64,000 nucleotides of DNA. Origin: Phyllobates terribilis (taxonomy: Eukaryota). The DNA lies in the NCBI RefSeq assembly GCF_046119375.1, contig NW_027362765.1, forward strand, positions 16,120,001-16,184,000. Reading direction: 5' to 3'. Position numbers and translations under genes: made by a program. Positions 25,060 to 38,348 of the stretch are shown one piece after another. The notes under the pieces were generated by a model. The model saw nothing but the letters and a program-made list of their open reading frames with translations, was not told where the DNA came from and ran no database searches. The first letter of the stretch is position 1; the number at the start of each line of letters is the position of its first letter.

Positions 25060-25290
25060 GCATTATGGATTGGGAGAAGGGAAAAAGGGGATGGGGGACA
25101 TTTTATTGCAATTTCCCTTTTAAAAAACTGTAATAAAAGATAACTCATTAAAAAAGAAGTGGTTAATTTACCCACCAGTTTGTTTGTAGGAGGTAAAGAC
25201 CTGAGGCTGAAGATGCTTTATCTCCAAAAGTCTACAAAAAAGGGAGGATTGGCAACTCCGAATGTCCTTGTCTATTTTGGATTTGGGAGT
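25060..25290 (+). mobile_element. Old L1-like ORF2 remnant
   Basis: Translates to an R.K..L...K.GGLATPN..Y-like motif with frameshifts. Confidence 0.35.
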
Positions 25291-25471
25291 TAGGAAAAAG
25301 GGGCAGTAGAACACTTATGGGTTTTGATTTGGCAGGTGGGCGCAAGAGATGCAATATTTGTCCATATAGTGTAAATATGACTGAATCTTTGTGATTTCAG
25401 CTCTGCAGGCCACTAATCTGGATTTAAACTGAAACAACTGAGATGCAATTGAAATGATGTAGACTTGCAGA

Positions 25472-25930
25472 TTTTTTTTTTTTTTTTAATCAGATAATTT
25501 TTATTGAATTTTCCAAAACAATATACAAATAGTACAAAGCTAAAAAGAGGAGCATATCAATCTTAACTTCCATCCACCCCCCACCCAGAACTAAACAATT
25601 CTCAGTACAATAGAGGTATCATGGCGTATAAACTAGTACAATTCAAATGAGTTTTAATGGAAATGACTCTGGTTTACAACTCTGACCTCCAATTCTTGGA
25701 ATCTGTGAATTGTCGACCAATAATATTCCTTCTCCAGCTATTACAATAATCTTATAGAGATCCATGAAATTCTTTAAGTACGATCACGGTCCATCACAGT
25801 AAAAATCTCCTAATTGTATGTTCAGTTACATAATTTAGGTTAGGAGGATTCTATTTCTCAACAGTTCAAATGATGCTAATCCTGAGACATTGGGGGTCCC
25901 ACATTTTTTCATATTGTAGATGCCTGCTCC
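25472..25930 (-). mobile_element. L1-like 3' fragment with poly(A) tail
   Basis: T16 run followed by aatcagataattttttattg, resembling the 3' end of the L1 at 49289. Confidence 0.45.
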
Positions 25931-25936
25931 ATTTAA

Positions 25937-28900
25937 CCCCTTGTAAGCTGCCTAATGGTCGCATAGTCGATGGGAGGTATGTGTCACAGAGATGGCTGTC
26001 CAATGTGATGTAACCTGGAGTGTTTCTCTAGTGCACGTAAGCACTAAAAGGCCTATTTGGTGCACCTGGAAGCTGGGTTATGGGTAGCTTGGAGAGACGG
26101 GCATGTCCAGCTACCCACATACCTCACCTCTGGGTGTGGTTAACAGCTTTTAAAAATGGATGCCTTTGTTTGACACATGGTCTGTGTGTTTGGAGGGAGA
26201 ATGCCTCCTGTGTGTTGTTTCGCCGGACTGAGCCATTGAGCTGAACGTTATGCAACCTGCGTGCCCACAGTACTCGCTTAAGCAGAGACTTGCTTAATGG
26301 ACATTTTACTTTGGCCTGAACTAAGGACTGTTTGTATTCCTTTATATTTTTGCCGGGTTTATGAGGTAATAAACCAACATGAAGATTTAAAGTAACGTCT
26401 CCTGTTTGCCTCCCATCGCACCCAAATGAGTAAAATCCCTACACCCTTTACTCCCCAAGCTTGTTTACACCTTCATAACAAGGACAAATTGTATAATTCT
26501 GACCAGTATCACTTTGAGGTAATAACTCTGGAACGCTTCAATGGATCACACTGATTCTGAGAATGTTTTTCCGTAACATTGTACTTCATGATAGTGGTAA
26601 CATTTCTTCGATACAACTTGAGTTTATTTGTGAAAAAAATGGAAATTTGCCAAAAATTTGGCAATTTTAAAACTCTTCATTTTTATGCCCTTAATTTTTT
26701 TTAAATAGTTCATAAATAACATTTCCCACATGTCTACTTTACATCAGCCCAATTTTTCAAACATTTTTGTTAGGAAGTTATAAGGGTGAAAAGTTGACCA
26801 GTGATTTCTCATTTTTCCAACAAAAGTTTCAAAACCATTTTTTTCAGGGACCACATCACATTTGAAGTGACTTTGTGGGGTCTGTATGACAGAAAATACG
26901 CAAAAGTGACACCATTCTAAAAACTGCACCCCTCAAGGTGCTCAAAACCACATTCAAGAAGTTTATTATCCATTCAAGTGATTGACAGGAATTTTTGGAA
27001 GGTGAAAAAAAAAATTAACATTAAACTTTTTCACAAAAATTTTACTTTAGATCCAAATTTTTTTATTTTTGCAGGAGTAACAGAAAAAAATGAACCCCAA
27101 AACTTGTTGTGCAACTTTTCATGAGCATGCCGATACCCCATACGTGGAGGGAAACCACTGTTTGGGCACATGGCAGAGCTCGAAAGGGAAGGAGTGCCAT
27201 TTGACTTTTTGAATGCAAAATTTGCTGGAATAATTAGCGGATACCATGTTTTCAGAGCCCTTGATCTGCCTAAATAGTGGAAACCCCCTATAATTGCACC
27301 ATTTTGGAAACCAGACCCTTCAGGGAACTTATCTAGATGTGTGGTAACCATTTGGATCCCCCAGGTGTTTCACAGAAGTTTATAACGTTGAGCCGTGAAA
27401 ATAAAAACAAACAGATTTTTCCTACAAAAGTGTTTTGGAGCCCCAAAGATTACATTTTTACAAGGGTGACAGGAGAAATTGTACCTCACAATTTGTTGTG
27501 CAATTTCTCCTGAGTACGCCGATACCCCATATGTGGGGGAAAACTATTGTTTGGGCACACGGCAGGGCTCGGAAGGTAAGGAGCACCATTTGACTTTTTG
27601 AACTCAAAATTTGCAGGAATCATTAGCAGACGCCATGGAGAGCCCCTGATGTGCCTAAACAGTGGAAACCCACCACAAGTGACCCCATTTTGGAAACTAG
27701 ACCCCTCAAGGAATTTATTTAGATATGTGGTGAGCACTTTGAGCCCCCAGGTGCTTCACAGAATTTTACAACTTTGATCTTTGAAAATTACAAAAATATA
27801 TAATTTTTTCCACAAAAAATTTGTTTTAGGCCCAAATGTTTTCATTTTCACAAGGATAGCAGGAGAAAAATGACCCCAAAATTTGTTGTGCAATTTCTCC
27901 TGAGTACATAGATACACCATATGTGGTCGAAAACTATTTTTGAGGCAGAGTGCAAAGCTCAGAAGGAAAGAAGTGCCATATTGGAGTTCAGATTTTGCTG
28001 GAATGGTTTGAGGATGGCATGACACATTGACAGGGCCCCTGAAGTGCCAGCACAACAGAAACGCCCATATGCGACTTCATTTTACAAACTACACCCCCCA
28101 ATAAATTCATCTAGGGGTGCAGCGATCATATTGACACTACATGTGCCTCATAGAATTTTATACTATTGGGTGGTGAAGAAAGAATAAATTACATTTTTCC
28201 CACTAAAATTTTGTTTTAGCCCCAAGTTTTACATTTTTCTAAGGGCTAATAGTAGAAATGTTTACACCACTTTGAGGTCCATTTTTTCCTGAGTACACCA
28301 ACACCCTATGTGTAATCTGGAAATATTTCTCAGGCACAGTGCAAAGCTCAGAAGGGAAGGAGCGTCATATAATAGTGCAGATTTTACAGTTATGGTTTAC
28401 AGGAGCTATGTCACATTGGCAGAGGTGCCAGAACAGCAGACCCCATTCTACAAACCAGACCTCTGAATGAATCCATCTAGGGGTGCAGTGATCATATTGA
28501 CAACACAGGTGGGTCACAGAATTTTATAACATTGGGCAGTGAAGAAAAAATAAATTTTTATCACCAAAATTTTGTTTTAACCCCAGATTTTACATTTTCA
28601 CACAGGGAATTGGGTAAAAAATGGCACCAAAATTTGTCACAATTTCTGCTGAACGTGGCAATACCCCCATAAGTGGCTGTACAGTACTGCTTAGTCTCAT
28701 GGCGAGTCTTGGTAGGGAAGGAGCACTATTTGCCTCCTGGAGCACAGATTTTCCTAGAATAGTTTGCAGACTCCGTATGCAGAGCTCTTAAGTGCTAGAA
28801 GAGCAGAATCCCCCCTCAACGGACCACATTTTGGAAATTATAACCCTTTGGGAATCTATCTACAGGTGTAGTGATGATTTTGACTCCATGGGTGTTTTAC

Positions 28901-29080
28901 AGAATCAAGCAACAATGGATGCTGCTGAGTGAAGATTGTAAACTATCGTTGTAGTGACCAGTATGTTGTAGTGACTAGCTCATGCTTTTGGAGACATATA
29001 CCCATAAATAAAGCGGGTTCTCATCGCTACAGAAATGCCAAAACATGTGGATGCTAAATGTTTTGTTGCAGAGCAAGGAA
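25937..29080. mobile_element. TTAA-targeting (piggyBac-like) non-autonomous element with ~400-bp internal subrepeats; far end not identified
   Basis: Starts ttaa|cccct. After removing the LTR it aligns with the reverse complement of 35940-36063. Confidence 0.65.
25942..26443 (+). mobile_element. Solo LTR
   Basis: TG...CA termini, 4-bp TSD ccct and AATAAA; homologous to 48271-48960. Confidence 0.8.
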
Positions 29081-29116
29081 AAGGCTGTATAGGCAGCATT
29101 CGCATTAGTGGTAACT

Positions 29117-29345
29117 AATTTTTTGGGAAACTCAAAAGCAGATAACTATGAAGAGTTGGTGGAAAATCTCATCAAAACAAATAATGATCTTAGCTGTGTC
29201 CTTAAAGGTTAATTTCTTACATTTGCATCTGAATGGTATTCCATCACTGCGGAGCAGTGAGCGAGGAAACAGAGATTTCACCAAGGTATTGCGGCTATGG
29301 AGAAAAGATAAAGGAAAATGGAATCCATAAATGCTTGGACAATTT
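29117..29345 (+). pseudogene. Degraded DNA-transposase C-terminus, Chapaev3-like
   Basis: NFLGNSKADNYEELVENL...SLKVNFLHLHL...GAVSE...RFHQGIAAMEKR...GKWNP. The family assignment is from recollection of this motif. Confidence 0.5.
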
Positions 29346-29983
29346 TAAGAGATGATCCGATGTAGGAGTACAAGAGACAAGCAAAAAAAAAAGTTGTCAC
29401 TGAATGAGGAGTAAATTTTGTAGTGCAATTTCTTTAACTGTTTATAATTCGCAATAGTGTTTAGACAGGTTTTAGTGAATTGAATTGTTGCCAAGTTTTC
29501 TCTAAAGAAATATCAGAAAATTAGCATAACAAAATATTCTGCATCTTTATATTTGCAAAAATAATAGTGTTTCAAACTACTGAAAATTTTATGCATTAAT
29601 TATATGTAGCAGTAAAAGGAAGATTCTTTAATATCATAGAAATAAGAGCCAACAAAAAAATTTTATTGTAAGATTTTAATTCAGGAGGTGAAAAATAATT
29701 ATGAAATGAGCGTTACATGATCTGAAAGGTCCTTGAGCTAGTCGGGTGGAAGGTTCTTCAGCTGCTCACTCAGGAGGTGCAGCCTCTGTGCAGGTCCTGG
29801 TACATTCCGCTCCTGCTCTACACCAATCAGTTAAATAAGTGTGGGGATTGAGGAGAGAGCAGTTTTCTCAGTGATCAGGAAAGACATTGTCTCAGCGCTC
29901 TCCTCTGTCAGAGGAAGCTGCCTTCAGTCTATAAGACACACTCACTTATTATCAAGAATTTTTCTTGCTAAAAGTGCGTCTTG

Positions 29984-30347
29984 GGGTATGTGCCCACGTA
30001 GCGTTTTACAAGCGTATATGCTGTGGAATTTCCGCAGCGTAAACGCTTGTGAAACGCTTGGTAATCTGTCCCTCATGGTCCCCAATGAGAATCCGCAATT
30101 TCAATGCCCATGCTGCGGATTTTTCCGCAGCCTTTTTGATGCGCTCAAAAATCCGCAGCATGTCCTTTAATTTTGCGTTTACACATGCGGAATTGCCTTG
30201 TGAATGCAATAAAAACGCAAGGCAATTCCGCATGTCCCAAACGCTTCTAAAACGCGCGCCAAATTCCGCAAGCGTTTTTCCGGGAAAGGACATGCGGAAA
30301 TGAAGCAGAAATTTTCTGCTTCATTTCTGCATCGTGGGCACATAGCC
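29984..30347. mobile_element. Harbinger-type MITE (same TIR family as 20315) inserted in the terminus of a pogo-like MITE ending at 30367
   Basis: gg(g)tatgtgcccacg / cgtgggcacatagcc; 3-bp TSD TTG on both sides. Confidence 0.75.
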
Positions 30348-30566
30348 TTGTAGTACAAAAAATACAGTAAATTCTAAACTAACTTCCCTTTCTCATTTAA
30401 CTATTTGACTGTCTGTTATAAGTCTTTGCACAATTTGTCAACATATATAGTTTCTCCACCGTCTAAGTTATTTTTGACGGTCAACAAAATTTGATTTTCC
30501 AGTAATTCATTTTTCACACTCTAGGTGTGATAATGACTTCTCATGTGTAGAATTTTTGATGTTTAA

Positions 30567-31027
30567 AAGGGTTCTCCACTACTTCGATAATTTCTTCTTA
30601 TTCCTCATGTTTGGTCTTATTAAAAAAAAACGAATTATACCAACCTCCCATGCTTGCGCCGTTCCATCGGTGTCGGCACTCGTGTTCCCAGGGCTCATGT
30701 GAGGTTGTAACATCATGTGAGCACTGCACCCAATCAGCGCTGGCATCACTGTCCCCACCTTCAGACAAATCGAACATCACAAGGAAATCAGAGAGCAGCC
30801 GCAGCACTGGCTTCCTGTTGATGTTCAATACATCCAAAGGTGGGTACAGTGAAGCCGGAACTGATTGGACCAGGGCTCGTGTGATGTAACAACCTCATAT
30901 GAGCCACGGGAAGGCGAGTCCCGACACCACTGGAACCGCAAAGGCACAGAAGGTGAGTATGAGTGTTTTTATTTTAAGGAGGCCAAACATGATGAATGAC
31001 AGGGGTTGTCCTAGTAGTGGGCAACTT
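30567..31027. mobile_element. Degenerate T2/Kolobok-type MITE
   Basis: ttaa|aagggttctccactact ... agtagtgggcaacttc|taa. Confidence 0.55.
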
Positions 31028-31066
31028 CTAAAAAAGATCCAATTTTAGGTTAAAACATTTCCCACA

Positions 31067-32424
31067 TTAAGAACATGAAAAAGGCTTCTCCCCTGTGTGA
31101 CTGCTCTGGTGACGAAGAAAAGATGATTTCTTCACAAAACGTTTTCCACATTCTGAACATGAAAATGGCTTCTCCCCTGTGTGAGTTCTCTGATGTCTGA
31201 TAAGACTTGATGTATGTGTAAAACATTTACCACATTCTGAACATGAAAAAGGCTTCTCCCCTGTGTGAGTTCTTTCATGTATAACAAGGTGCGCTTTCCG
31301 GTTAAAACATTTCCCACATTCTGAACATGAGAAAGGCTTCTCTCCTGTGTGAGTTCTCTGGTGCGCAATACAACCTGATTTCTGGTTAAAACATTGTTCA
31401 CATTCTGAACATGAAAAAGGCTTTTTCCCTGTGTGAGTTCTTTGGTGTATAACAAGACTCCATTTCCGTTTAAAATATTTCCCACATTCTGAACATGAAA
31501 AAGGTTTCTTCCCTGTGTGAGTTCTTTGGTGTATAACAAGACTCCATTTCTGCTTAAAATAATTCCCACATTCTGAACAGGAAAAAGGCTTCTCCCCTGT
31601 GTGGGTTCTCTGGTGGCTATCAAGATGCGTTTTCCGGGTAAAACATTTCCCACATTCTGAACATGAAAAAGGTTTCTTCCCTGTGTGAGTTCTTTGGTGT
31701 ATAACAAGACTCCATTTCTGCTTAAAACAATTCCCACATTCTGAACAGGAAAAAGGCTTCTCCCCTGTGTGGGTTCTCTGGTGGCTATCAAGATGTGTTT
31801 TCCGGGTAAAACATTTCCCACATTCTGAACATGAAAAAGGCTTCTCACCTCTGTGGGTTCTTTGGTGTGTAACAAGATGCGCTTTTCGGTTAAAACATTT
31901 CCCACATTCTGAACATGGAAATGGCTTTTCCCCTGTGTGAGTTCTCTGGTGCCTAATAAGATCTGATTTCAGATTAAAACATTTTCCACATTCTGAACAT
32001 GAAAATGGCTTCTCCCCTGTGTGAGTTCTCTGGTGCCTAATAAGCTCTATTTTCTGATTAAAACATCTCCCACACTTAGAACAAGAAAATCTTTTCTCCG
32101 ATTTGTGACACTTTTGATATTTAAGAAAAGACTTTTCAAGGGGAAAACCATTTCCATATTCTGAACGTGAAAATGGCTTCTTTGACTTAGGAGTAGTTTG
32201 TTTTTTATGGCTTATTTTGCGACTTTGATTTTCATTAGTAGTCGGTAATGAATCAGAAGATAGGACCTGTTTGAAAGGATCAGATGACAAATTTTTGCAG
32301 TGAAGGGATGATGGTATATCTGGAGTAATGGCATTCACTTCAATTGTGTCCTGTGGGATCTCAAGATTGTCTGATTTAAAAATTGAAGATGTCAGCTGTC
32401 CCTCTGATCTCCTGGTACAGTCAT
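31067..32424 (-). CDS. Terminal exon of a C2H2 zinc-finger protein (oocyte/gastrula zinc finger XlCOF/XlCGF-like), 12 intact fingers
   Basis: Tandem CxxC..HQRTH fingers with TGEKPF linkers. Acceptor ttttattcttggcAG at 32425-32426 (phase 1), so the ORF-track Met at 32431 is not the real start. Confidence 0.88.
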
Positions 32425-33465
32425 CTGCCAAGAATAAAACAAATTATTATTTCTTAATAAAATATCATCGAATTATATATTTTTAAACATTTCTACTTAA
32501 ACTGTAAAAATGGCAAATTATGTAAAAATATTGAATTATTCACCAAGAAAATAACAGTTCACAGTCTAATCGAAGACCTCATAGCAAGAACCAGTAGAGC
32601 ATGGTGTTCAACTGTTTGTTCATTCTGCCTCCCAAATATGGAATATAAAGTTAAACATTGTTATGTAGGCAAAAATAATACCAATAAAAACTTCTCATCT
32701 AAGAAAAAACAAGTCTCTACTCAGATACATCATCTGTCAGTGGAAAAACAGAGGTTTTCACATTATTAGTGGCTCAAAGACTCTTGAAAAGCAACTTTGT
32801 TTATAAAAACCAATCCAGCAAAATTCACTCTCCTAAAGTCAAATTTCCCCCTCGCTTCTGAGCCTTACAATGTGCCCAAACCACATTTAGCCTCCATGTA
32901 TTTGGGATTACTATATTGAAAAGTTCCAACTTAATTTACGGTGTGTGTGTATCCTGGAGCATAATCTGGGCACTATGTGTTGGGCAATAAAATCAGACCG
33001 GTATCCAAAGGGTAACATTTCACCTTAAGCATGCCAAGGTGAGGAGACTTTTATGCCACAATGCTCTTCTAGGAAATATGCAAATTGTGTCTTCAGAGAA
33101 GAAGAGGACTAGAACTCTAGTGCCACCTTTAGGAAGTAGCAATCCTAAAAGTCAATATCTTCCCTTTAACGAACCTTGTCATATGACTTGGGGTCGATAT
33201 TGACTTTTAGGAAAAAATGGCATATTTGTAATTTTCTCTTTGCAACATCCACTGCGTGCTAATTTACAGAAAGTGACTGTGGAGTCAAAATAGTAACAAC
33301 TTCTAAAGATTAATTCATTGAGGGTTATAATTTCCAAAATGTAGTCACTATATGGGGATTTCTACTGCTCTGATTTTCTGACATTTTTTCATATTAGGGC
33401 TTCTACAAATGGTGTGTCCCATCTCCTCTAAACAGCATATAGTAGTGTTCAAAAACATGAGTTAA

Positions 33466-33831
33466 AGGGGTAGTCCCATCTCCAAGATCCTATCCCAAAA
33501 TGTAGTAAGTGTAATAATAATAATATTAGCAAATACTTACAATTAGAAATGTAGTATAGTATTTTTGATTCGCTATGTCAAATTCCTCATGTGCAGGCAT
33601 TGCAGGACCTTAGGTATCCATGGTTACGTCCACTGATAAAGTGAAAGTTAGTTAGCTAGCTGCTAGTGGTCGTAACCATGGATACCTAAGGTCCTGTATT
33701 GCCTGCACATGAGGAAGGTGGCATAGCGAATCAAAAAATACTATACTACATTTCTAATTGGAGATATTTGCTAATATTATTATTACACCTACTATATAAT
33801 GGGATAGGATCTTGGAGATGGGAATACCCCT
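33466..33831. mobile_element. T2/Kolobok-type MITE, near full-length palindrome
   Basis: TTAA TSD; aggggtagtcccatctccaagatcctatccca and its inverted copy. Confidence 0.85.
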
Positions 33832-34429
33832 TTAAGCACAAAGTTGTTACACTAGTTTTTATTTCCATGCTTTTGGAACATTGCAAACTGTTTTCTATTC
33901 AAAAACATAGAGTAATGTATATAATTTTTAACTACTTTACAGAAAATAACAAAAAATGAACATTGGGCTGTTCTAAAAAATAGCAGTGTCTGTATTTGTC
34001 TTTACAAACTCATGATATGTACTCTTTTTTTTTTTGTTGAGGATTTTGCATTCCTGTGAATCACTAACCTAATATTTATTTGTATACCCACAGTTTTTGA
34101 GAACTGCTTCACATGTTGCATAGAGTCAACCAACTTCTGGCACCTATCAACGGTTATTCCAGCCCAGGATGCTTTGACTACATCCCTCAATTTTTTGGCA
34201 TTTGTTGGCTTTGCCTCAGAAACTGCATTTTTGATGTCACCCCACAAGTATTCTATCGGATTAAGGTCTGGGGATTGGGCTGGCCACTCCATAACCTCAA
34301 TTTTATTGGACTGGATCCAAGATTTTGCTCATTTACTGGTGTGTTTAGGGTCGTTGTCTTGTTGAAACACCCATTTCAAGGGCATATCTTCTTCAGCCTA
34401 AGGCAACATGACCTCTTCAAGTATTTTAA

Positions 34430-36063
34430 CCCCTTACTGACATTGTCAGTAATAGTAAGTCCCTGTGCCCTGGGCCTTACGGACCAGGTGCGTACTATTA
34501 TGCATAATGTGATTGCGCCCGCATACAAGTGGTGCGGGGCAATCGCCACCGGGTGTCAGCTGTGTACTACGAGCGGTCCCGCGCCGCTCCCAGCACATTA
34601 ACCCCTGAAATGCTGTGATCAAAGTCGATCGAAGCATTCCAGGAGCAATGGGAGGTAAGCGCCGCTTACTTACCTCTTCTTCGGCATCTCGCGCTATCTC
34701 TGCTGGGTCCCGGAGGTTGTCATGGTGACCCGATGTCCGGGTCACCAGCAGGCAGGAAGTTACTTTGATCATGCGCACTGCATGATAAAATCCTTAAGGG
34801 ATTTAGTTTCCAAAATGGGGTCACTTGTGGGGGGTCTTCACTGTTTAGGCGCATCAAGGGCTCTCCAAATGCAAGATGGCGTCCGCTCTCGATTCCAGCC
34901 AATTTTGTGTTCAAAGTCACACAGTGCTCCTTCCCTTCTGAACCCTGCCGAGTGCCCAAACAGTGTATTTTCCCCACATATGGTGTATCGGCGTACTCAG
35001 GAGAAATTGCACAAGTTTTGGGATCCATTTTCTCCTCTTACCTTTGTGAAAATAAAAAATTTGGGGCTAAAAGATAATTTTTGTGGAAAAAGTTAGATTT
35101 TTTTTTATTTTCACGGCTCTACGTTATAAACTTCTGTGAAGCACCTGGGGGTTCAGGGTGCTCACCACACATCTAGATAAGTTCACTGAGGGGTCTAGTT
35201 TCCAAAATGGAGTCACTTGTGGGGGGTTTCCACTGTTAAGGCACATCAGGGGCTCCCCAGACGCGACATGGAGTCCGCTAATTATTCAAACAAATTTTAC
35301 ATTCAAAAAGTCAAATGGCGCTCCTTCCCTTCCGAACCCTGCCGTGCACGCAAACAGTGGTTTTTCCCCACATATGGGGTATCTGCATGCTCAGGAGAAA
35401 TTGTACAACAAATTTTGAGGTCCATTTTTTCCCGTTACCGCTGCGAAAATAAAAAAAAATGGGTCTAAAGTAACATTTATGTGAAAAAAATTCCTGTGAA
35501 GCACCTGATGGGTTAATAAACTTCTTGAATGTGGTTTTGAGCACCTTGAGGGGTGCAGTGTTTAGAATGGTGTCACTTTTGGGTATTTTCTGTCATATAG
35601 ACCCCTCAAAGTAACTTCAAATGTGGTGTGATCCCTAAAAAAATGGTTTTGTAAATTTTGTTGTAAAAATGAGAAATCGCTGGTCAACTTTTAACCCTTA
35701 TAGCTCCCTAATGAAAAAAAAAATTTGGGCTCCAAAATTGTGCTGATGTAAAGTAGACATGTGGGAAATGTTATTTATGAACTATTTTGTGTGACATATC
35801 TCTGATTTAAGGGCATCAAAATTCAAATTTTGAAAATTGAGAAATTTTCGTCAAATTTCTGATTTTTTCACAAATAAAAGCAAGTCATATTGAAGAAATT
35901 TTACCACTATCATGAAGTAAAATATGTCACGAAAAAACAATCTCAGAATCAGTGGGATCTGTTGAAACGTTCCAGAGTTATTACCTCATAAAGTGACAGT
36001 GATCAGAATTGTAAAAATTGGCCCGGTCATTAACGTGCAAACCACCCTCGGGGGGTAAAGGGG
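34430..36063. mobile_element. piggyBac-like non-autonomous element
   Basis: TTAA TSD (34426-34429, 36064-36067) and cccctt...aagggg termini; splits the Tc1 transposase. Confidence 0.82.
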
Positions 36064-37018
36064 TTAATATATGCAAACTGGTCCATGATCTCTGGTATGC
36101 GGTAAATAGGTCCGGCACCATAGTAAGAGAAACATGCCCATACCATGATGCTTGCACCACCATGCTTCACTGTCTTCAGAGTGTACTGTGGCTTGAATAC
36201 AGAGTTTGGAGGTCGTATGATCAACTGTCTGCGGCCCTTGGACCCAAATAAAACTATTTTACTTTCATCAGTCCACAAAATGTTTCTCCATTTCTCTTTA
36301 TGCCAGTTGATGTGTTGTTTGGCACATTGTATCCGCTTCAGTGCATGTCTTTTTTTTTTATTTTTTTAATTTTTAACAGTGGGATTTTGTGGGGACTTCT
36401 TGCTAAGAGTTTAGCTTCACACAGGCATCTTCTAACTGTCACAGTACTCACAGGTAACTTGAGACTGTCTTTGATCATCCTGGAGCTGATGATTGGCTGA
36501 GCCTTTGCCATTCTGGCTATTCTTCGATCCATTTGAATAGTAGTTTTCTGTTTTCTTCCACGTCTCTATGGTTTTGCTTTCCATTTTAAAGCACTGGAGA
36601 TTATTTTAGCTGAACAGTTTATCATTGTCTGCATTCTTTATAAGTTTTACCCTCTCCAATCAACTTTTTAATCAAAGTACGTTTTCTTCTGGACAATGTC
36701 TCGAACTACCCATATTTCTCAGGCTTTCAAGGAGAAATGCATATACAACATGTGATGACTTCACCCTTAAATAAGGTCCACATGGCTCCTCACTAAATGA
36801 ACTCCACGCTGCTATTATTTTGAACACACCCCTTTCAATTAATTATTCAAATACACAGACTCAAAAACATGCAGATCATGAATGCTGAGTCTGTTGGTTT
36901 TCTTAGACTCTACTGCACCAACTGGTAAATTGTTTGACACGTGGTAATATAATTTATTCCAAAAACAGTGATTAATCTGGTTAGTCATACTGGACTGCTA
37001 TTATTTCGAACACTACTG

Positions 37019-37405
37019 TATTACCCAAAGGGTAAAAAGACCCTATTTAAGTGATATGCTGAAAGATACGTTATTTATTTTCGGGTTAAAAGTGGTCAAG
37101 ACAATTTAAAACTACTATAGTGGACTTGTATTCTTTCATTGTATTTATATCAGCTACAACTAACTAGACCTTACTATATACACATATTCTCACATCCAGA
37201 TCATGGCTGCAGTTCATAGATCTGTGTAGACCTCTCTTAACTGGTCATTTCTCCTTCCTACAAGTACCACTTAAGAACCTAAAAATCACACACACCGCTC
37301 CCCCGACTAGCTTCATTTATACAGGCTCCCTCAGAGAGCCAGAGCTATAATGATAGTGAAAAATGGAGGGTTTGGCTTTATAAGGCCTTGGATCTCGTAT
37401 AATGG
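37019..37405 (-). repeat. pLTR-like repeat with a degenerate hammerhead; inverted copy at 49128-49288 plus 53419-53655, adjoining fragment match 49025-49125 vs 54585-54690
   Basis: Direct reverse-complement alignment by eye; motif ctgagg(a/g)agcctgtata...gaag(c/t)tagtcgggg. Confidence 0.6.
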
Positions 37406-38348
37406 GTCCTTAGATGAGGCCAATAGATAAGGGCTTAACACAACTCCAATCACATTCTTTCTCAACCTAGGCCATTCAATGCTAACATAACGTGCTTAAA
37501 CCATCATTACCAATCCAATAGAATTACTGCTTATGCATTCATATACCTCCTCCCCGTTCTGTAGGTAGACCTTGAGAAGAATGAAGCTAATGCTCGTTTT
37601 CGGCGTCAGACGCCAACCACTTTATTATACCGTATCAATAATAGCAGTGTCCAATCAGGGTCGGACTGGAGTGTTTAGGGCCCACAGGGGTAATTGATTC
37701 CAGAGAGCCCACCCTACTGCTACTGTATGTAGACATTTTACTGGTTCAAATTCCAGCCTCATGAACATGTACAACATACAATACAGTGTGTAAAACAGCA
37801 TGTGCCTCCTAATGAATTTGGCACATTTTTCAGCTTGCATGCGCCTCCACAAGAAATGTCCTAGTCAGGGACTCACTGACACTTCTGTTGTATTTTCACC
37901 GCTTTTGTGGAGTAAATAATGTTGACAACGCTTTTTCAAGAGACAGATCAGAGCCTTTTATTTAGTCTCATGCTACCTGTATAGTGAAGCCAGTCCTATC
38001 ACGTCTACAAGAGGGCCTGCCTAGATCAGATTTCCCTCCGATCTGGGCAGTAACAGCAAGAGTGCAGCTGTTTATTACCACCATCCTTCTCCTGCTGGTG
38101 ATGCTGTGAACATAATGGCAGTATCTGCACCATTACCTTGATGTCATAGTATGTTAGAACCACTTTTTTGGCACATGGAATGGAAAGATTTATTCTTGTG
38201 ACATTTTTTTAGGGAGAAACTGGATGATGGGAAAAAAAATAGTAAATCCATAACCAATTCTTAATGCATGTGCATTCACCATATCTTTATTATATCAAGG
38301 TGCCACGGCCAAGACTGGCTGTGGTATCTGAGGGGAAAGCACTAGCAC

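Larger units (their letters stand above)
33440..37018 (-). mobile_element. Tc1 element (third family), interrupted twice
   Basis: TIR (c)agtagtgttcaaaa / ttcgaacactactg with TA flanks. Transposase remnants 34002-34425 and 36068-36530 rejoin as IMDQFAYIKILEEVM. Confidence 0.85.

Noticed and set aside
32425-32431. Start codon of the 454-aa ZNF ORF
   Set aside because: The track start lies in the polypyrimidine/AG acceptor; this is an internal exon boundary.
37585-37635. Hammerhead at cgttttcggcgtcagacgcc
   Set aside because: Stem II and a GAAA-like part are present on the minus strand, but the CUGAnGA core is absent.
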